The notes below the pieces were generated by a model. The model had not been told where the DNA came from. It ran no database searches and was given only the letters and a program-made list of their open reading frames with translations. The translations under genes and the position numbers were made by a program. Shown in pieces: positions 27,790 through 37,005 of a stretch of DNA of 64,000 nt (positions within the stretch are counted from its first letter, which is position 1; every line of letters begins with the position of its first letter). This stretch comes from a virus (lineage: Duplodnaviria; Caudoviricetes), in IMG/VR virus record IMGVR_UViG_3300029305_011953, positions 1-64,000 of that record, one strand, 5' to 3'.

Positions 27790-28861
27790 TGCGGATTTAA
27801 TCGGTCGTAAAAAACATAGGTTTCCAAATTTGGCGTGTATGAAGATATCCGCTTTTCATAAAAATCAAGGGGACAGCGTAGAACTAAAAACAGATTACAA
27901 CGGTTTATCGGAGTACGACAAAATATATCTGTCAAAGGTATTCACGGACACGGTAGTCCCTAACGAGGTTTTAAGTTTGGAAAATCTTTCATTCGGCGGG
28001 ACGGGTTTCTTTTATGATAAAGCACCTCCCTTGCCGGAGGAAGTGGAACATCAAAAGCCAGATTATCACTTGTATGATGCTTGGGTTGATGAACAACTTC
28101 GTGCCGGTGGTAAAGAGCGCGATTTTTCCTATTACCGTGATTATTCGATAGGTTTCTTAACGAGAGGCTGTTTCCGCAAATGCGAGTTCTGCGTGAATAG
28201 AAATTATAAGCGGGTATTAAAGCACAGCCCCATAGAAGAATTCCTGGATGAAACACGACCGAAAATATGCTTGCTCGACGATAATTTCCTTGGGTATCCT
28301 TGTTGGAAAGAAATGTTGCTTGAATTACAAAGCAGAGGAAAGCCATTCCAGTTCAAACAAGGGTTGGATGAAAGGCTTTTGACCGATGAGTCGTGTTCCA
28401 TTTTATTCTGTAGTAAATACGACGGCGATTATATTTTTGCATTCGATAACGTGGCGGACAAGGAAATCATCGAAAGAAAGATTAAACTTGCACGGAAGTA
28501 CACGACCGCCGCCTTGAAATTTTATTGTTTCTGCGGTTTCGATCGTGAAGGAAAATGGGATGACGGTTTTTGGCGAGAAGATATTTTTGACCTTTTCAAA
28601 AGAATAGAAATTCTCGCTTGTTATGGCTGCGTTCCATACGTGATGAGGTACGCTCGATATGTGGAAAGTCCGTATCGAGGGTTGTATATTACGATTGCAC
28701 GGTGGTGCAATCAACCGAATTTTTTCAAAAAGAAAAGTTTGCGTGAATTTGCGGAAGCGAATGGGCGAACAAGTGCTTGTTACAGGTATATGCGTGACTT
28801 CGAGAATGCTTTCCCAGAAGTCGCTTTTTATTTGGATATGAAATATTGTCCGTCCAAGTAA
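27770..28861 (+). CDS. Radical-SAM-like protein
   Basis: RGCFRKCEFC (CxxxCxxC), LLDDNF; N-terminal FPNLACMKIS..HK..GD.V. Confidence 0.75.
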   Translation: MRIAIIDADLIGRKKHRFPNLACMKISAFHKNQGDSVELKTDYNGLSEYDKIYLSKVFTDTVVPNEVLSLENLSFGGTGFFYDKAPPLPEEVEHQKPDYHLYDAWVDEQLRAGGKERDFSYYRDYSIGFLTRGCFRKCEFCVNRNYKRVLKHSPIEEFLDETRPKICLLDDNFLGYPCWKEMLLELQSRGKPFQFKQGLDERLLTDESCSILFCSKYDGDYIFAFDNVADKEIIERKIKLARKYTTAALKFYCFCGFDREGKWDDGFWREDIFDLFKRIEILACYGCVPYVMRYARYVESPYRGLYITIARWCNQPNFFKKKSLREFAEANGRTSACYRYMRDFENAFPEVAFYLDMKYCPSK

Positions 28862-28908
28862 CGGGTTCATATAATTACGAAAGATAAAAATTAAAGGATT
28901 TACGAAAG

Positions 28909-30915
28909 ATGAATAAAAAACTGACGTTGGGCAGTCTGTTCGACGGGTCGGGTGGATTCCCGTTAGGCGGTCTGCTTGCAGATATTTCTCCTTTGTGGGC
29001 ATCCGAGGTCGAGCCTTTTGCTATAAGGGTTACGACCAAGCGGATGCCTTTTGTCAAACATTACGGCGATATTTCCCAAATGGACGGCGGGAAAATCGAA
29101 CCCGTGGATATAATCACGTTTGGTAGCCCCTGTCAAGATATGAGCGTTGCGGGAAAGCGTAGCGGTCTTGACGGGAGTCGTTCGTGCTTGTTTTACGAAG
29201 CTGTCCGAATTATTAAAGAAATGAGGAGTGCAACGAATGGAAAATATCCAAGATATGTCGTTTGGGAAAATGTCCCAGGCGCATTCTCAAGCAACGGAGG
29301 CAAAGACTTCAAAGCGGTGCTTGACTCGCTCGTCAGCATCGTCGAAGAGACAGCCGAAGTGCCTTTTCCTGAAAAAGGGGAATGGGCATACGCCGACTGC
29401 TACATGGGAGACGGATGGAGCCTTGCTTACCGAGTTCTCGACGCTCAATATTGGGGAGTCCCCCAACGACGTCGTAGAATCTACCTTGTCGCAGATTTTG
29501 GAGGTAGGAGTGCCTGCGATGTATTATTTAAGTCCGAAGGCTTGTCAAGGTATTCTGCGGAGGGCTTCCGTGCGTGGCAAAGAACTGCCAATCATACTCA
29601 AGAACGCTTTGGAACGCCAGGCGTTGGGTTCGATGGATACAACGGAAGCGTAGACGAAAAGGCAGCAACGCTCGGTGTGAATTGCGGAATGTCCACAGGC
29701 AGGAACGGAGTTGTCCTTAACGACCAAGGCGGAAACAGAATGGACGTAACGGAAGAAGTTACTTGCACCTTAAGAGCGCAAGCACATCATCCGCCTGTGG
29801 TTATGGATGTCTTTGACAACCACGGAAAGGATGTCCGCTATACGGGGCCTATTGAAATTGCGCCTACGATTTCTGCAACCTATGGAACGGGAGGGAACAA
29901 TCAACCGTTTGTCGTGGGTAAGAGTTGGGATGGCAGAGAAGTTTCGCCGACCTTAACCAAGCAAAATGCAGGTGGCAATCAACGAATGCCCGACAAGGAC
30001 AATTTTAACTGCGTTCTTCAACCTTACGGTATTTCCGCAAAGGATAGTAATGCAATGAAATCAAGCAATCCCCATAGCGGTATTTACGCAGCAAAGACAT
30101 CTCGAACTCTTGACGGCAATGGCGGAAATCCCGCTTGTAATCAAGGTGGTATCGCTGTGGTATGCGTCGACCAAGGTGGCGGAAAGTCCGCTTGCAACGT
30201 GACGGTTGAGAAAACACCAACACTCACTTGCACGCACGGGGGCGAGCCTGCGGTTTGCGTAGAAACTCCCAAAGAAGGTAAAGACCCTGTATATGCGATG
30301 ACAACGGGAAGTTATCAACAGGTGGAAGAAGGGCGTTCGCCGACATTAATGGCAAGGGACTACAAAGACCCGAACGCTGTTTGTTACGGAATAGGCAGAG
30401 ACACCTTTAACCAAGGAAAGAATGCCAAGTTCTCGCCGACCTTTGAAAAGGAACTTCAACCCACGATGGTCGCAAAGGGGCCTGGGGCAATTGCGTATGG
30501 GTTCGACCAATGTGCGGACAGGGATGTTGGGGCGTTATTCCTTGAAGAGAAATCAAAAACGCTCACGAACGGCACTTGTCCTGGCTATCACAACAGCGTA
30601 TGCAAAACAGATTATACGGTACGAAGATTAACCCCCGTTGAATGCGCAAGATTGCAGGGTTTCCCCGATTGGTGGTGTCAAAACCTTGAAACGGAAAAAC
30701 CGACGGACGAGGATGTATATTATTGGTATAAGGTTTTCGAGACGTATCGTAAACTGACTGGCGAAGGAAAGCCGAAGACCGATAAGCAAATCCGCAAGTG
30801 GTTGAACTCGCCGCATTCCGATTCCGCAGAGTATAAACTTTGGGGGAACGGCGTGGCTTTACCGTGCGTATTTTTTGTACTTTCGGGCATTGAATATTAC
30901 GCAAAAAAATCTTAA
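28909..30915 (+). CDS. Large phage DNA (cytosine-5)-methyltransferase with expanded variable region (alpha chain)
   Basis: LFDGSGG, GSPCQ, WENV, PQRRRR, RRLTPVECARLQGFP, WGNGV. Confidence 0.9.
   Translation: MNKKLTLGSLFDGSGGFPLGGLLADISPLWASEVEPFAIRVTTKRMPFVKHYGDISQMDGGKIEPVDIITFGSPCQDMSVAGKRSGLDGSRSCLFYEAVRIIKEMRSATNGKYPRYVVWENVPGAFSSNGGKDFKAVLDSLVSIVEETAEVPFPEKGEWAYADCYMGDGWSLAYRVLDAQYWGVPQRRRRIYLVADFGGRSACDVLFKSEGLSRYSAEGFRAWQRTANHTQERFGTPGVGFDGYNGSVDEKAATLGVNCGMSTGRNGVVLNDQGGNRMDVTEEVTCTLRAQAHHPPVVMDVFDNHGKDVRYTGPIEIAPTISATYGTGGNNQPFVVGKSWDGREVSPTLTKQNAGGNQRMPDKDNFNCVLQPYGISAKDSNAMKSSNPHSGIYAAKTSRTLDGNGGNPACNQGGIAVVCVDQGGGKSACNVTVEKTPTLTCTHGGEPAVCVETPKEGKDPVYAMTTGSYQQVEEGRSPTLMARDYKDPNAVCYGIGRDTFNQGKNAKFSPTFEKELQPTMVAKGPGAIAYGFDQCADRDVGALFLEEKSKTLTNGTCPGYHNSVCKTDYTVRRLTPVECARLQGFPDWWCQNLETEKPTDEDVYYWYKVFETYRKLTGEGKPKTDKQIRKWLNSPHSDSAEYKLWGNGVALPCVFFVLSGIEYYAKKS
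29237..29653 (+). CDS. Nested +1-frame gene within the C5 methyltransferase; putative M.EcoHK31I-beta-like subunit
   Basis: AGGAG 8 nt before ATG 29237; STLSQILEVGVPAMYYLSPKACQGILRRA resembles the L.DILE...YYLS segment of C5 MTases. Confidence 0.65.
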   Translation: MENIQDMSFGKMSQAHSQATEAKTSKRCLTRSSASSKRQPKCLFLKKGNGHTPTATWETDGALLTEFSTLNIGESPNDVVESTLSQILEVGVPAMYYLSPKACQGILRRASVRGKELPIILKNALERQALGSMDTTEA

Positions 30916-30921
30916 AAAAGT

Positions 30922-31018
30922 GTATCAAAATTAAATAAAAAATTATCAAATTATCGCCCAAATTCGCTGGATATAATTCCGTTTTAGAGGTAATATACCC
31001 ATACAAAAATCAAAGGAG
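30922..31018 (+). repeat. Repeated promoter/RBS element, copy A
   Basis: Near-identical to 32324-32421; core also present at 52737-52794; TGGATA-17-TAATAT. Confidence 0.75.
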
Positions 31019-31029
31019 GGCGATTGCCT

Positions 31030-31941
31030 ATGAAGATTCATTTCAATATAAGCAGACAGAGCGAAAGAGAACGCTTTGTCGAAGAAATAACCAGATGGCT
31101 TGGTTATGAGAGAGAAGTAACGGAAGACGGTTTTCTCGTTATTGGTAAGGTTCAAATCGACAAAGAAAACAACCTTATTATTGCCGACGAGATGGAAGAC
31201 GAAACGGTGGAGCGTTTACTTCAATTTTTGTACGACGAGGGGTTCGAGAGCGATTTGAGTTATAAATTCGACGATGAACCCCAAGCGGACGAAAGTAACG
31301 AAGACCCCACCTACGCATTTGAGGATTTCAACTTTGAAGATGTTGATATTACGAAGAATGCAGCCGTGGAAAGAAAGCCTTATGAAAAAAAGCAAAAGGC
31401 AAAAGAAACGGAGGAGCCTACCCAGCCCAAGGCGGTCATAGAACCACCGCAAGAAATAGGATATAGCCTTCCGCCGATCAAAAATGAAAGCGAGTTTACG
31501 AAAAACGAAATAAATCGCAGAAAGGTCTGTGAGTTAAGTGTAACGGAAGCGATATTGCTTGACCTTCGGAACAGGTATAAGGAGGGGACGAGAGTGGAGC
31601 TTATCAAAATGGACGATAAGCAAGCACCTCCCCTTAAAACGCACGGAACGGTTCGGCACGTAGACGACATAGGAACGATTCATGTTTCTTGGGACAGCGG
31701 TTCATCGCTTGGGGTGGTTTTTGGCGAGGATGATTGCAGACCCCTTGTGACGATGAACGACAGAATTAAAGAACAGATTTTGAAAATCCGTGCGACGGGT
31801 ATTACAAATATGTTCGACACCAAGTATGTTCAATGGCTTGCCAACTTCTGCGGATATTTTGAATTGGTTTGTTTTATCGAGGATAATGTCAGCGATTACG
31901 TGAAGTTTATTTGCGAAGGGAGGGTTGGAGATTATGCTTGA
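31030..31941 (+). CDS. Fusion protein containing DUF4314-like and DUF5049-like domains
   Basis: YKEGTRVELIKMDDKQAPP...GTVRHVDDIGTIHVSWDSGSSLGVV; EQILKIRATGITNMFD. Confidence 0.7.
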   Translation: MKIHFNISRQSERERFVEEITRWLGYEREVTEDGFLVIGKVQIDKENNLIIADEMEDETVERLLQFLYDEGFESDLSYKFDDEPQADESNEDPTYAFEDFNFEDVDITKNAAVERKPYEKKQKAKETEEPTQPKAVIEPPQEIGYSLPPIKNESEFTKNEINRRKVCELSVTEAILLDLRNRYKEGTRVELIKMDDKQAPPLKTHGTVRHVDDIGTIHVSWDSGSSLGVVFGEDDCRPLVTMNDRIKEQILKIRATGITNMFDTKYVQWLANFCGYFELVCFIEDNVSDYVKFICEGRVGDYA

Positions 31942-32227
31942 GTGGATTACGGTAAAGCTGATGCCCAAGGCTGATGTCATAATTTATCCCAACGGACGAT
32001 TTTACTTCACGGGACACGCACAAAAACGGTTAGAATTATATAAAAGTCATTGGCAAATTGTGGAAGATGTGCAAAAGAAACGGCTTGCTATGCTTTTCGC
32101 TGAATCGGGAAGAGATGCGAGCTTTGGATATACCTGTATTCCGTGCGTTGTAGCAAGGGATTACTTGGGGAAATTTAGATTGCTCCCTCTGGGGGACAAA
32201 GGCTATATTTTAGAGCCGATCGAGTAA
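31934..32227 (+). CDS. Hypothetical protein
   Basis: GGAG RBS; overlaps the preceding stop. Confidence 0.55.
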   Translation: MLEWITVKLMPKADVIIYPNGRFYFTGHAQKRLELYKSHWQIVEDVQKKRLAMLFAESGRDASFGYTCIPCVVARDYLGKFRLLPLGDKGYILEPIE

Positions 32228-32323
32228 AAAACGCTTACAGATAGCGGATTCCCAACCGCTAAAACCCCTTTATGGAACAGGGCTGAAAGGCTCTGTTCCT
32301 CGTTATGAAAAAGCGTGATTTTT

Positions 32324-32421
32324 GTATCAAAATTAAATAAATTAATTATCGAATTATCGCCCAAAATCGCTGGATATATATTCGTTTTAGAGGTAATATA
32401 CACATACAAAAAACGAAGGAG
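32324..32421 (+). repeat. Repeated promoter/RBS element, copy B
   Basis: gtatcaaaattaaataa...cgctggata...ttttagaggtaatatac.catacaaaaa...aaggag. Confidence 0.75.
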
Positions 32422-32430
32422 CGAACAGCT

Positions 32431-32754
32431 ATGAAAAGAAAAATCAAAGTAACAATGGTAAGCAAAGCGGCAAGCGTTATGGATTACAACGCACGAGTTG
32501 CAAGGGGCGAAGGTACGCAGGTTGAGGTGGTTATCGAAAAGACCATTCGCCTTTCCTTCACGAACTACACGATTTTCGGGGCGAGATTGCTTGACGAACA
32601 GAACTTCATCAGAAACAACCAAGACCTTATGAAAGTGGACGAAGACGGCGTTTGGCACGTAATCAGGGTTACTTGCAAGGACTCGAACCTTTCGATTTTG
32701 GTAAATGCGGAAGGCTACGATTACGCAAGATACTCGGCAACGATTAGAAAGTAA
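32431..32754 (+). CDS. DUF6329-like protein
   Basis: VIEKTIRL...NFI..NQDLM.VDEDGVWH...VNAEGYDYARY. Confidence 0.6.
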   Translation: MKRKIKVTMVSKAASVMDYNARVARGEGTQVEVVIEKTIRLSFTNYTIFGARLLDEQNFIRNNQDLMKVDEDGVWHVIRVTCKDSNLSILVNAEGYDYARYSATIRK

Positions 32755-32765
32755 GGGGGTAGGCT

Positions 32766-33251
32766 ATGAACAGAGAAGAATTGATTACCTTTATGCTTGG
32801 GACAGGCGAATATTCCACGGTCAAGGAAGCGGACAGAGCCATTATGAATAAAATGGCGGAGTTGAAAAGGTCGGGGATGAGCCAAAAGAACGCTTGGGAA
32901 AGTATGGTTGAATTTATGGAGCTGACCCTTACGCCAAAGACGGATTTGTTTGAAACGAGAGAGCAAGCAATGCAAGGCTGCCTTGCGGAGAGCGATGTTT
33001 GCGCTCGGTTTTCCGAAAAGGCAATAGAACTTTTCCGCCAAGGGAAAATCAAGGAAGGGTTTGAGTGGTACGAGCTTGCGAAAACGGCAAGCGTATGTGC
33101 AATGCAAGCGCACGAAGCCTTGTGGAAAATGGCAAAAGGTGAGTTGACCGAAGACGAGCAGAGAGCCTTTGAAACGGTAGAAAATGCGGTCGGGAAACTT
33201 TTCACGGCAAGGTTCGTTTTGAAAGAAGAATCGAAAAAGGTAGGGTTTTGA
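32766..33251 (+). CDS. Hypothetical helical protein
   Basis: 161-aa ORF with RBS, in operon. Confidence 0.6.
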   Translation: MNREELITFMLGTGEYSTVKEADRAIMNKMAELKRSGMSQKNAWESMVEFMELTLTPKTDLFETREQAMQGCLAESDVCARFSEKAIELFRQGKIKEGFEWYELAKTASVCAMQAHEALWKMAKGELTEDEQRAFETVENAVGKLFTARFVLKEESKKVGF

Positions 33252-33253
33252 GT

Positions 33254-33478
33254 ATGTGGCTTAACGGAAATCTTACGGTGGACGGAATCGAATACGAGTA
33301 TTGGATTAAGGTATACGAAGAACCTTCTTCATTTGGGATTAACGACGGTCGCATTTCAAAACTTTCCCTTTATCGCGGTAAGGTGGAAGTAGCGAGTTAT
33401 GACCGTGGTTGGGACAGACGAGCGAAAGACCCCACGGACAAAAAAGCACTCAAACAGATTTTGAATGACAAAAATTGA
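33254..33478 (+). CDS. Small conserved phage/ICE protein
   Basis: YWIKVYEEPSSFGINDGRISKL...YDRGWD. Confidence 0.65.
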   Translation: MWLNGNLTVDGIEYEYWIKVYEEPSSFGINDGRISKLSLYRGKVEVASYDRGWDRRAKDPTDKKALKQILNDKN

Positions 33479-33495
33479 CAAAGGAGAGAAAAACA

Positions 33496-33987
33496 ATGGC
33501 AAAAATTTATGGGTTTACTTTGAAAGGGATAGTTAGTTATCCCGACACGGACGGTATAACCGTTCACGCAAACATTTATTACGGCGCAAAGCGTGTAGGC
33601 ACGTACACGGATCGAGGTGACGGTTCATATTTCCCCATTATCGATTTTGATGGGGATTTCCAAAAGCGGAAGGAAATGGAAGAACTGCTTGCGGAAAAGG
33701 CAAAGCAATTTTACGAGAGATTCCCTGAAAAACGGGAACTTAAAGAACTTTATTCAGAAGACCAGGAGCTTTTGAATTATCTCGTCGACCTTGTGGAAGA
33801 TGAAAAGGCATATAAAAAGGGAGCGAAAGACGGCTACGGATTTATGTTTTCCTTTGTGAACGAGCAAGGTTATCTGTGCTACATCGGCTACCGCACCGAA
33901 GAAGAAATGAATAAAGGGTTGGAAAGGCATAAGAACGACCAAATCGTAAAGGTCTACAAAAGCATTTCTGAATTTACGATAGAATAA
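33496..33987 (+). CDS. Hypothetical protein
   Basis: AAGGAG RBS before ATG 33496; followed by a terminator. Confidence 0.6.
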   Translation: MAKIYGFTLKGIVSYPDTDGITVHANIYYGAKRVGTYTDRGDGSYFPIIDFDGDFQKRKEMEELLAEKAKQFYERFPEKRELKELYSEDQELLNYLVDLVEDEKAYKKGAKDGYGFMFSFVNEQGYLCYIGYRTEEEMNKGLERHKNDQIVKVYKSISEFTIE

Positions 33988-34009
33988 AGGCAAGAAAACA
34001 GAATAAGCC

Positions 34010-34042
34010 AAAGGCAGGTATCAAACGATGCTTGCCTTTTTT
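34010..34042 (+). terminator. Intrinsic terminator before terL
   Basis: aaaggcaggtatc-aaac-gatgcttgccttt plus T run. Confidence 0.7.
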
Positions 34043-34067
34043 GTTACAAAAAAAGGGGGGTGGTGTC

Positions 34068-35669
34068 TTGCGAAAGTTGAAAAAATATATGCCGACGAAG
34101 TTTAAGGCAAAGGACTCCATCTACGATAAAGGGGCGGCGGATTACGCCGTCAATTTTATTGAATGCCTATGCCATACAAAAGGCACATGGGCAGGGAAGA
34201 AGTTTGAACTGATTGATTGGCAAGAGCAGATTATAAGGGATGTGTTTGGTACGCTTAAGCCGAATGGATACCGTCAGTTCAATACGGCGTATATTGAAAT
34301 TCCTAAAAAACAAGGGAAGTCCGAACTTGCCGCCGCCGTTGCACTTTTGCTTACGTGCGGTGATGGCGAAGAGAGGGCGGAAGTTTACGGCTGTGCGGCG
34401 GATCGACAGCAAGCATCCATTGTTTTTGAAGTGGCGGCGGATATGGTTCGTATGTGTCCAGCGTTGAACAAGCGAGTAAAAATTCTTACGGCAACCAAGC
34501 GTATTATTTATCTTCCAACGAACAGCTTTTATCAAGTTCTTTCTGCGGAAGCGTATAGCAAGCACGGTTTTAACATTCACGGTGTTGTTTTCGACGAGTT
34601 GCACACGCAACCAAATCGAAAGCTGTTTGATGTAATGACCAAGGGGTCGGGTGATGCCCGTATGCAACCGTTATACTTTCTGATTACTACGGCGGGAACG
34701 GACACGCATTCGATTTGCTATGAAACCCACCAAAAGGCAAAGGATATCTTGGAAGGGCGTAAGATAGACCCGACCTTTTATCCTGTGATTTATGGTGCGG
34801 AGCAAGACGACGATTGGACTGACCCAAAGGTATGGAAAAAAGCAAATCCGTCTCTTGGGATAACGGTAGGGCTTGATAAGGTAAAAGCGGCGTGTGAATC
34901 GGCAAAGCAAAACCCTGCGGAAGAGAACTCTTTCCGTCAACTGCGCCTTAATCAATGGGTTAAGCAAGCGGTGCGTTGGATGCCGATGGAAAAGTGGGAT
35001 AAATGTGAAGTGGTTTTTCACGAGGAAGATTTGGAGGGGCGCGTTTGTTACGGTGGTCTTGACTTGTCTTCCACAACCGACATTACGGCGTTTGTTTTGG
35101 TTTTCCCTCCTACGGCGGATGATGAAAAATATTATATTTTGCCGTATTTTTGGATTCCCGAAGAAAATATCCCTTTGCGTGTTAATCGTGACCATGTCCC
35201 GTATGACTTATGGCAAAGGCAGGGAATTTTGGAAACGACCGAGGGCAACGTTGTCCATTACGCCTATATTGAAAAGTTCATCGAAAAATTAGGAGAAAGG
35301 TTTAATATTCGTGAAATCGCCTTTGACCGATGGGGTGCTGTGCAAATGGTACAGAACCTTGAAGGAATGGGATTCACGGTTGTTCCGTTTGGGCAGGGAT
35401 TTAAGGATATGAGTCCGCCGACCAAAGAGTTGATGAAACTCGTACTTGAAGGAAAGCTCGCTCACAGCGGGCATCCTGTTCTTCGGTGGATGATGGACAA
35501 TGTCTGTGCGAGAACTGACCCAGCAGGGAACGTGAAGATGGACAAAGAAAAGTCCACGGAAAAAATCGACGGCGCAGTTGCAACCGTTATGGCGTTGGAT
35601 AGAGCAATACGCTGTGGAAACGATAATTCGGAATCGGTCTACGACAATCGTGGACTGATTTTTATTTAA
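34068..35669 (+). CDS. terL: Terminase large subunit
   Basis: EIPKKQGKSE Walker A, VVFDELH, GGLDLS, KIDGAVA; likely TTG start. Confidence 0.92.
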   Translation: MRKLKKYMPTKFKAKDSIYDKGAADYAVNFIECLCHTKGTWAGKKFELIDWQEQIIRDVFGTLKPNGYRQFNTAYIEIPKKQGKSELAAAVALLLTCGDGEERAEVYGCAADRQQASIVFEVAADMVRMCPALNKRVKILTATKRIIYLPTNSFYQVLSAEAYSKHGFNIHGVVFDELHTQPNRKLFDVMTKGSGDARMQPLYFLITTAGTDTHSICYETHQKAKDILEGRKIDPTFYPVIYGAEQDDDWTDPKVWKKANPSLGITVGLDKVKAACESAKQNPAEENSFRQLRLNQWVKQAVRWMPMEKWDKCEVVFHEEDLEGRVCYGGLDLSSTTDITAFVLVFPPTADDEKYYILPYFWIPEENIPLRVNRDHVPYDLWQRQGILETTEGNVVHYAYIEKFIEKLGERFNIREIAFDRWGAVQMVQNLEGMGFTVVPFGQGFKDMSPPTKELMKLVLEGKLAHSGHPVLRWMMDNVCARTDPAGNVKMDKEKSTEKIDGAVATVMALDRAIRCGNDNSESVYDNRGLIFI

Positions 35670-35679
35670 GGAGGTAAAA

Positions 35680-37005
35680 ATGGGGTGGTTTACAAGCCTA
35701 TTTCGGTCAAGGGATAAACCCAAGGTTGAAAATCGAACGGCGGGTAGCAGTTATACCTTTATGCTTGGCGGTTCAACAAGTGGCAAACCTGTAACCGAGC
35801 GTTCGGCAATGCAAATGACGGCGGTGTATTCGTGCGTTAGAATTTTGGCGGAAGCGGTGGCAGGTTTGCCGTTGCACTTATATCGATATAAAGACGGCGG
35901 CGGTAAAGAAAAAGCAACCGACCATTCGTTATATCACCTTTTGCACGACGAGCCGAACCCAGAAATGAGTTCCTTTGTTTTTAGGGAAACGTTGATGACA
36001 CACCTTTTGCTTTGGGGGAATGCGTATGCGCAAATCATCCGCAACGGCAAGGGCGAGGTTGTGGCGTTGTACCCTTTGATGGCAAACAAAATGACCGTTG
36101 ACAGGGATGAAAACGGGAAGATTATTTACAAGTATCAGCACACGAGCGAAGAAGCAAGCACGATGAAAAATACCATTGTAACGCTTGCCCCGAAGGATGT
36201 TCTTCACGTACCTGGTCTTGGGTTCGATGGTTTGGTGGGGTATTCGCCGATTGCAATGGCAAAGAATGCAATTGGTATGGCGATTGCCTGCGAAGAATAC
36301 GGCGCAAAGTTCTTTGCGAACGGTGCTGCGCCGAGTGGAGTTTTGGAACATCCAGGCGTAATCAAAGACCCCAGTCGAGTGCGTGATGCTTGGCAGAGCC
36401 AGTTTGGTGGTTCGGCAAACGCAAATAAAGTGGCGGTTTTGGAAGAAGGGATGAAATATACGCCTATTTCCATTTCGCCAGAACAAGCACAATTTCTTGA
36501 AACAAGAAAGTTTCAAATCAATGAAATTGCTCGAATTTTCCGAGTGCCTCCACATATGGTTGGCGATTTGGAAAAATCGAGCTTTTCTAATATTGAACAG
36601 CAGAGCTTGGAGTTCGTAAAGTATACGCTTGAACCGTGGCTTGTGCGGTGGGAACAATCGCTTGCAAGGGCGTTATTTTCCATCGACGAAAAAACGGAGT
36701 TGTTCGTTAAATTCAACGTGGAAGGGTTGCTTCGTGGCGATTATAAAAGCCGAATGGAAGGTTATGCAACGGCTCGTCAAAACGGTTGGATGAGCGCAAA
36801 CGATATACGAGAACTCGAAAATATGGAACGAATTCCCGAAGAAAAAGGCGGGGATTTGTATTTGGTAAACGGCAATATGCTACCGCTTGGTATGGCGGGG
36901 GCTTATGCAAATTCAAAAAAAGAGGAGGACAATAGTGAAGAAGTTTTGGAAGTGGAAGAACCAGTCTCCAACCGCAGACGAAAGCGGACACGAGAAACCG
37001 ACTGA
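35680..37005 (+). CDS. HK97-family portal protein
   Basis: TAVYSCVRILAE, LLLWGNAY, GYSPI, IARIFRVPPHMVG. Confidence 0.92.
   Translation: MGWFTSLFRSRDKPKVENRTAGSSYTFMLGGSTSGKPVTERSAMQMTAVYSCVRILAEAVAGLPLHLYRYKDGGGKEKATDHSLYHLLHDEPNPEMSSFVFRETLMTHLLLWGNAYAQIIRNGKGEVVALYPLMANKMTVDRDENGKIIYKYQHTSEEASTMKNTIVTLAPKDVLHVPGLGFDGLVGYSPIAMAKNAIGMAIACEEYGAKFFANGAAPSGVLEHPGVIKDPSRVRDAWQSQFGGSANANKVAVLEEGMKYTPISISPEQAQFLETRKFQINEIARIFRVPPHMVGDLEKSSFSNIEQQSLEFVKYTLEPWLVRWEQSLARALFSIDEKTELFVKFNVEGLLRGDYKSRMEGYATARQNGWMSANDIRELENMERIPEEKGGDLYLVNGNMLPLGMAGAYANSKKEEDNSEEVLEVEEPVSNRRRKRTRETD

Noticed and set aside
35929-36657. 242-aa minus-strand ORF, and similar long antisense ORFs over primase, metK, terL and the recombinases
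   Set aside because: Antisense to well-supported genes; explained by codon bias, with no protein-like motifs
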